This document shows, piece after piece, positions 49,529 to 58,069 of a DNA stretch of 58,069 nucleotides; the first letter of the stretch is position 1, and every line of letters begins with the position of its first letter. A model generated the notes under the pieces. That model had not been told where the DNA came from. It did not search any database and saw only the letters and a list, made by a program, of their open reading frames with translations. The translations under genes were made by a program, and so were the position numbers. The stretch is from Geosiphon pyriformis uo1 (Eukaryota; Fungi; Glomeromycota), in NCBI GenBank assembly GCA_016748015.1, contig JAAOMT010000088.1, positions 157,978-216,046 on the forward strand. The letters run 5' to 3'.

Positions 49529-50439
49529 CTTCTGATAACTTAAACAGAAATTTCTTTTTTAACTAAACCTTTAACTCGAGAGGAAATAAAATTATTCAGA
49601 ATTTTCCCGCTTTTTTTCTCGGATCGTTCCTTTGAAATCCAAGGCAACAAATAACTTTTCATTGAAATAAACGCCAACAAACTTTTCATATTTTTAATCA
49701 GCAGATAAACCGGAAAAAAAATTCAAAAAAATCGGACGCATGTTTGTGGAATCAAATCATTTTAAAAAAGTCCTCAGTTTGAATAAAAATCCTGAGAATG
49801 TTTATATCACTACCAGATCGTGGTGAGAATTGATCAAAAGATCTTTGCCAAATATTCTTTCAAGCAAACATCAATAGATAAAGAACAACAAACATCAGCT
49901 GAATTTCATAACAAACATTAATTATGTTTGTTCCTATGATTACTAATTTGGTTTTCTTTTTCCTCTCTACCTTTACTCAACATTAGAGTAATCAGGGAGA
50001 GATTAGAACCATTTTCAATGCATAGCTATGGTTTTTCTTTCATCTCTAAATAAAGTTTAATAAAAGTTTCGATTTTTATAAGCTGAAGACAATTAATGAG
50101 TAAACTTGTCATCAAAATCCACCCAATTTCATTAAAACGTACTCATCGAAACATTGATAATTTTATTGATTAGCCTTTTCAAGAGATTCTGCTATATTTT
50201 CCAAATTAAGCCAATCAAATATGTAAATTTGTGATTTCATAATGTATAAATTTTTTGAAATTTTTTGAAATTCAGCCAATTATATCTTCAAAAAAATTTC
50301 AATCCCACCCCGGAAATTTTGGGAGGAAATTTTTCAAATCACGGATTTTTCTGCATCATTTATTTCATGGATTGAGGTTTCTTAAATTTTTTAATACTCG
50401 CTCTCTGCCTAAATTGAAACCTAGCAATTTCGAATTTAG

Positions 50440-51900
50440 ACAGTGAAGGATTGCCATTTTAGGTGCATTAATTGGGTCATTAAAAGAGACGATCCATATT
50501 TTTGTTGTTTCATTTGAAGAATTGCGTTTACAAAGAGGCTTGTATGTCACTATATTCTGCATAGAAGCATTTATTTTTTGGTTATTAAAATCTTGAAATG
50601 TGGCTACCTTCCAAATAAAAATTATGGATGATTATCTTAGCCACTGAAAGTTTGTCCCTTTTCTTGTGAATCTTGTCAAATCAGAAACATTGATCGTCCA
50701 CTATTGGGCTTACCGAGGCGTTTTTTTCATTGAGAAAGCCCCGATTGTACTAGGTCGAAAATCTTCAGACCAGAGTTCACGAGGAGCAAATCTCATCCCA
50801 GCCATTCAATTGACAAAGGTCGATCTCACCATTGTGACTATCACCAAATTTGGTTCCAGACCAGATTTAAAAAAGCAAGGCTTGAGCATATTCCGGTTGA
50901 TAACCAAATATCAAACAAAGACACGCGAGAAATGTTCCTCATGAAATACCCAGATATTCAAAGCCACAGTCGTCACATTCTTCATATAATTTCGCACAAT
51001 AATATAGAAATTGCTAGAAAAACCAAGTTGATAGACAAAACTTGGGTTTCCCAAACAAATAAAAAGTCCTTCCTGCATGAGGCTTTTCCCATTGAAGACA
51101 AGTCAAAAAATACTATCTCGTGCACGATAAACTTTTTGACCAGTTTGAAAACCCGCTTTTTTCGCCGTATTTAAGATAGTACCAAAGGAATACCGAGATT
51201 CACAGGATCATTGTTTAAAGAAAATCAGGCTGCAAAGTCGGGACCTCTTCATCGAGTTAGGATACCGGTGGATTTTAAACTAGAATGAAATTTGTTCATT
51301 CTCCTTGTCGAAATGATGATTTCATTGCTTTGTAACATAAGTGAGGTTAATCAAATGTATAGGGGTTGAGACGTCCCGCCTATTATTCGGCTTGCTAAAT
51401 TGTGAGGCTTGTGCTGGAATTCGTGTTTGTTTTCTCATTTCATGTGGAATATCATTTAACGCAACTTACCAAGCGGCTTATACTTTTTGGCAGAACCCTG
51501 CGAAACTAAATCTTATTATGATCAGCGAAAAACAATACTGCAACCATTTTCGAAAATTTTACAATATAGGAGGCTTTGTGCTAAATTACCAATGCCATAT
51601 TTTGACTCAGCTTTGCCGCTCTTCAATAAGGTGCCTACCTTAAAATGATCACATATGTTCTTGTTATCTTGCAAGAAAAATTTGTAGGCGAAAATTAACC
51701 AAGAGGCTTTGTGCATACATTTTGGGAAAATCCATTGTCTCGGGAAAATAATATTACTTAAGGCTGAGACAGCAGGACAATTTGCAAAAAGGTCTTTGTT
51801 CAAGAATTCAAGTATCATTTTCAGGCCTTGATTGTTAGATCATCCAATTTACATTTTTCTAATTTTCAACCAAAGTGGGCTTAGAATTTGTTTAAAATTG
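50440..51900 (-). pseudogene. Degenerate coding relic, possibly F-box-containing
   Basis: Higher GC; fragments KMILEFLNKDLFANCPAVS and IIVRNYMKNVTTVALNIWVFHEEHF with stops and frameshifts. Confidence 0.3.
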
Positions 51901-53786
51901 TCAGCTTCAGACAAGGCCAACACAACCAATGATTGCTTTTGAGAGTCTTTTGAAATATGGTTTGAATCATTAATTAATGCGATCAAAGAATTTTCAATCA
52001 ATGAAACAGATCAATATTTATCACATGACAATTTAAATAAATTTGATTATTTGCACAATAAATGATTTGTTTTTTAATTGAAGTAAAGATCAAGGGTGCG
52101 CTGTAAAATCATAAGTACACGGTTTGACCTCTTTTGCAAAAATCAAAATTAATTTCTCTCCTCATGATTTTAATAGAAAGTCTCAAGTTTTGACATGGGT
52201 GCATGCACTTGTAAATTAGATAACAAAATGGATTAAAAAAATTAACTTATTTTCCAATGAGGAAGGCTTCTCGATGGGAAAACGAAATGGAAATAGCATA
52301 AAGCACATGATAGTTGATTTCCTATTCTTAACACCAACTTTTAACAACACGGAAAACTATTTGAATGCCATTACCTATGCGCATGTTTGGGGATAAATAT
52401 ATATTTCAAAGATGTGTTTTTTGCTGTAATTGCATAACAGCACAAAGAATAGATAACTAGCCTAAGATATATATATACAAAAAAAGAAGAGAGGAGAAAG
52501 CTAGAGAGAAAGACATTAGGACTAACATGATATAACGTATTAATAATAGCTATTGTACATGCCTGACTCTCGTAAAAAGGGATCCAATAGTTGATCACTT
52601 ATGCCAGTAACATCGATACGAAGGCTATGATAAAAATAAGGGAATAAAGATAGTTAGTACTAAAGACCTTTCATAAAAATTGAAGGAAAAAGATGATGAT
52701 GCAACTAAAGGGTGATCATTAGAAAGAAAACTGTAAGAGAAAAATTATTGAATAACGTGACGCGGGGGTACGGAATTACTGATGCTTTTGAATGTGATGT
52801 AAAAATATTGAGTGAAATGAAAAATGGATAAAATTTAATGGTAAGTGATGAATGAAAAATGAAACCTATAAAAAATCACCACGAAGAAAATTACCCTTCC
52901 TCCAAAACCAAAACTTCGTTTTTTGACTATAAACAAATTTCGATGAAACCTAAAACTAAAAAGGGAGAGACAAGAATATGTATATGTATTGATAAAGATA
53001 TTTACAGAATATATAAAAAGGATTTTGAAAAATAAATACAAATAAACCCATCTCGCCGCCAAAAGACTAAAAAAGAACTTGCGCTCCTAGCTTGAACAAC
53101 TGACAGAAATAGGACAATACAATTAAGAAATGATCGAGCAGGTCATCTTTGTCTTTACGCTTTACTATCCTCTTCTTTGAACCGATTCCTATTATGTGTA
53201 CTACGCTAAAGATAGTTGTTCAACTTGGATAAATAAGCTTATATTAACTAATATTATGCTGAGAAATTGTGAAGGCTTTCGATAAGCCCACCCCACTATG
53301 GCAGCGGACATCAAGCAAAAATCCAATAAAATCCAAACAAAAGAAAAGAATGTTTTACAAAGGGGAGGTTCAGATGCAGAAATATCTTAGAAATGAAAAT
53401 GTATTTACTGAAAAGAAATGATGACATTCTTGTTGCTCGAACTGGTTCTGAATAGGCAATAAAAATGGGATATATATATATATATATAATGATGGGAAGG
53501 CGAATTTGTACAAGGAGGATAAATATATTTAAAAGTGGAATCAAAAGGTGAAGGTGCTTTTTCGATAAAAAAATGATTTCCACATACTTCAAATGAGTCA
53601 AGTTTCGCAAAAAAATGGGAGGGAGAAATGAAGATTTGCTAAAAACATTCTTGGTCATTCAAATAATTTAGACCCAAGATGATATGTATGTGAGAATGAT
53701 TAATTTGACGACAGTGAGCTTCAGACTTTCCGGATGCAGCTGATATTCTTTGAATTGAAATGCAGGAAGGTGACAGAAATTCATGC

Positions 53787-56200
53787 TCAATAGGTTAGCC
53801 TTAATTGAAAAGAACCATCTTGTTGTGACATTTGACAATCAATTTCCATGTCTTGCTCGTCTTCAATTTGATGTACCAGTTCATCGTCGACACGAACGGC
53901 AATATTGCGCTTAGTATACCGTGTGACGTTGGTAACCAATTGAGCCTGAATATCCAATTTCTCAGCAAGCTTAGCAATAAGATCTTGGACGGTAAGATGA
54001 TTAAGATAAACGGCTCGGTATACCGCTTCAGTAGTTAATTTTATATAAATACAGAGAACTGTGCAATGGGAGGAAATGAGGGATTTTACCGTTAGTTGAA
54101 TTTAAAAAAAAATTTCAAAAAATCATACGTTTAATTACCTGCACGTCTCTTGCGCATGGGAATATAATTAGGATCGCAGTCCAATGGCTCCAAAAAATCG
54201 GAGCCAAGAGAGAATCTTCGCCGTTTGCCCAAATGAACGTTCATTAATTCCCCACCATCAACATCAGGATCAAGATTGTTTAGACTTTCCGAGAGACTAA
54301 GAACCTCTTCGTCATCCGAAGATTCATTATTTCCAGTGATATCGTTGAACATTGTCACGCTATTTGGTTGCGCATACATCATCATCATGGGTGTAGTTTC
54401 TTGTATTTTTCCTATTTTAATTGGGAAAATTGGAAGGCGTTAAGGTTAACACTTTGCTTTATTAAAATGTCAGTCAGAAATGCAGAATGATTCATAATGC
54501 AGAATAAATACCTCTCATCTTTTCACACATTTTTTCAAGATGCTTTTGATCATCTTTGTTTTTACGTTCGGCTCCCTGTTTTTCAAAAATATTCATAGCA
54601 GGGTTAATAAAGCAAATGGTGATAAAATAAATTAGAGTTATGATCGTGATTCACACCTTATCTCGGAACAATTTTATCTTGGCAAATGATTTCTCAAGGG
54701 TCTGACTATTTGAACCAATATCGCTCTTGGTCTCTACATGAATTCGAAGGGGAATTCCTTTGACACCTTTTATGCGGGAGAAATCGGTGGAAAGGCAGTT
54801 AAATCGCAGAAATATCTTGGCCGATTTTTTGCCGTTCCATTGAAATTGAACACGATCAAATGCTTTTATCTCCACATTCTTAATCCCAGTTGATGCAGCT
54901 TTGTCTTTAATGGTTTGTTTGAAAATTAATGACAAAATTTAGCCTTGAGAGAGGGATTGAGATTATAAAAAGTGCAAAGCTAAAGATTAACATACCGATA
55001 TCAATTGCTCGAGCTGTCTTGGGGGATGCCTGTTGCGTGAGCCAAAAACTCCAATATGTTGATGCCATCTTTCGATGAGCATCATCGTGAAACATCACTT
55101 TTATTATGCTTGTGAAGTCACCATCAAACTTGTCAGCATCTTGCATGATGACACCATAATATTGACCTTATAGGAGATGTTCGAATGGGACGAGCATTAC
55201 ATACATACATACATACATACATATACACCTAGAGATTAATCAATCAAATGACAGTCTTGATTCATTACCTTTGTTTAAATAGGTCATAGGCGTCTCATCG
55301 ATACGCTGTGCAGCCGCTGTGGGTGCTTCAAGAAGTATATCAAACTTCAAATTCCTAATTAAATAGTGCCAAGATTTCAGGAGAATTAGTGGGAGAAATA
55401 AATTTTAAACATAGGATCTGAAATTTGTCGGATTACTCACGATGAACAGGGTGTAATACTTGATGGTGGTGAGGGCATTGTAATTGGAGAGGAACTACCA
55501 TAATTTGGTACCTCTTGAGGAGGCTGTGCGTGTTCCATTGGAGGTGAATGATGATAAGGATTTGAAGAATGGTGAGATTGTGGTGCTTGCATATGATGAG
55601 ACATGTGATAATCGTTGCTGTTGCCGTTTAAAGAGGTTATGGGACTAAGAGTTTGTGAAGAATTCACTTGTACCGGCCCGACAGATGGGAGTTGTGATGA
55701 ACTCATTAAATGATTCGAGTTCATGATAGAGTGATTTGAGTGTGGATCATGTAATGAGTCCGATTTGAAAGCAGGTGGGGGCCTTAATTTAATGAAATAC
55801 AGGAGGAGGAGAAGGAGAAGGAGAAGGAGAAGGAGAAGGAGGAGGAGGAGCAGCAATATTTTGTTAGAAAACATAAACCTATCCAACCTCAATTTAACCT
55901 GTAATGAGTATATTCGTGATACGTACGGATGAGAGCTATATCCTTGATTAAAGTGCGGGAAATTATAACCGTTGTGCATGTGAGCTGCGACTGGCAGGAT
56001 GAGATTGCTTGAAGTTATAGGGAATTCGCATAAGCCAAATATACAAGGGAGACAGATTGATGAAGTGGAATGGTTAGTATCAGATTGATAATTTGATCCA
56101 AGTTGAAGGCCTAAATTAAACCGCAACATCTTGTAGGAAAAAGAGAAAAAATCAAAAAACTTTATGGCTTTTACCTGTTATCCTGAGTGTTATATGGCAT
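53787..56200 (-). CDS. CP2/Grainyhead-family transcription factor, multi-exon
   Basis: FDILLEAPTAAAQRIDETPMTYLNKG/QYY, YWSFW, FNCLSTDFSRIKGVKGIPLRIHVET, KIKLFRDK/GAERKNKDD, and C-terminal LCIYIK...VYRAVYL...IAVRVDD domain; the start exon is inferred. Confidence 0.93.
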
Positions 56201-57797
56201 TTTTTTACTTAAATTTGATTTGATTTTAGTGTTGTTGAAGTGACTTGGAACAGGTCTTTTGATGTCGTAACGTACGTAGGGTTTTTTCACCAACGTTAAT
56301 TTTTTTTTTTGGGGTTACAGATGTAAATATGATTTCGTTAAAGGTTGCAAGTCGTAAAGGGTCGTAGTTATAGTTATGAAAGTGCACAGGAAGGCTTTGG
56401 TGCAGACTACTTGACGGCTGACAAAGGTTCGTTAAATGGAAAAATTATCGTATTCGTTCAGAAAGTTGAAAATTATAGTTCCAAATGATATATGAGCGTT
56501 CGTTTCGTTTTTTGTGTTACGTCCTTGTTTTTTTTTTCGCTTAGAGCTAGATAAATTTCGTTGCTTTGCTAAAAAAAGGTATGTATAGAAAGGTAGAGGA
56601 GACTACCCAAAGTAACTAGAAAAGGTCCTTTAAGCGCTTAGTTTTACGTTGTTGTCTGTTAAAAACTCTTGGGGCACAAGAAAACGTGGTCGGTGCAGCG
56701 AAAGAGACGACGTAAAAAATAACACGACGTATACAAAGAGGGCGAACGGAAACAGAACGAGAAGAAAAACACGAAGTGTGTTTTTTGCTTGGATTGACAG
56801 ATTTTTTTCTGGGAATGAGCAGGTTTATAAGCAAGAAAGCTCAACCATAAAATAGTCCGATATTTAGGGGTGCTTGCCAATCCCTCTGCGATGATGGGTT
56901 TTTAATAATTTTTTAATGAGGTAATTCAATTATTTTAATGTATATTGGGCAATTTTATCTACTAAATAAAATATACTTTCAATAAAATGATATGAGAACA
57001 TCATTGAACATCTCAATGATTCGAGTGGCGATATTGGTCTATTACCTCTCCCCATCTGCTATATTTGGAATTGTTTTGAGTCACACTTAAAAAACTCTGC
57101 TTGCTTTGCTCTGGCTGGCTGAAGAGATTTGTGTGTATGATGGCACAAGAATTGGCCCACAATCTAGCGTTTTTTTTTTTTCTTTTTCCTTGATCCCAAC
57201 ATACACTATTCATAACTTCAATTTAACCTTTTTTTTTTTTAGGGCCAGTCTAAAAAAAATTTTAAAAGGCAAAAATTTATATGCAAGGCAAACCACACAA
57301 CATATTTAAAAAAAAAAAAAAGGTTTATACAGCATGTAGTGTAGCGTCTATCATAAAATTAGAGTAGGTTAGCATCATTGGTAATTCTTTATGCATAAAG
57401 ATGGATCGAGATCGACACGGAGCACTAAAGAAATCAAAGTAATAGGTTTATATGCTACAGAATCCTGAAATAAAAATAGCATCAAAGAGAGGCGAAAATG
57501 AGACTTTCAAAAAGAGCATCGACCAGCGATCTTTAAGATTTTCATTAAAAAATTTTCATAAAGCTAAACTCGTGTTGGGATTCAATACGGAACTCAAATA
57601 TTGATGATATGCGGTAATTTCCGGGCATTTCTGCAGAAGGAAAAATGAAATGCAATGCCGCAGAAGGTCCGAAAATGTTTCTTTTTCAAAGGCTTTTTGT
57701 ATGATGAATGGTTTAAAAGAGAAAAATGAAATGAGTAGGAGTTTCCAAAAAATTCAAATCTTTAATATTAGTCGTAAAATTGTAATAGGAGTTTCAA

Positions 57798-57898
<101 letters not shown>

Positions 57899-58069
57899 CA
57901 TCATTATTTTTACAAAATTTATCATGGGGATTTTTTTAGCATGAGAGCCGTGTAACAATATGCTACTCAAAAAATTTTAATTTGTTTCCCAAAATCAGTC
58001 CTAAAAGTGGTTTTATGTTTTTAACATATATCAAAGAATTTAAAGGGTACACTTGGAAAAATATGTTAA

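Overview
AT-rich eukaryotic DNA with short GT-AG introns. Gene content and style point to a Mucoromycota fungus, probably a glomeromycete (inference). The window has three parts. (1) A compact, mostly housekeeping block at 0.4-10.8 kb: a minimal PARP/ART-fold gene, ISD11, EIF1AD, UTP7 and three small unknown genes. (2) A roughly 40-kb accessory zone at 11-52 kb. It holds a head-to-head pair of PD-(D/E)xK nuclease-like pseudogenes; a ~0.9-kb inverted repeat bracketing an ankyrin gene and a secreted double Opy2-like Cys-rich gene; a Fanzor/TnpB relic; a rearranged 28S rRNA-derived element embedded in minisatellites; GT34 and F-box/PP2 pseudogenes; two assembly gaps; and a Nextera-adapter-joined duplication. 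(3) A CP2/Grainyhead transcription factor gene at 53.8-56.2 kb. The most striking signal is a set of 1-2 kb hyper-AT islands that appear to be genes and mobile elements eroded by C>T/G>A transitions. They are depleted of TpC/GpA but keep ApC/GpT and CpA/TpG, which is not the classical RIP signature and suggests a different genome-defence mutator. All family assignments are by motif recognition from memory; no database searches were run.
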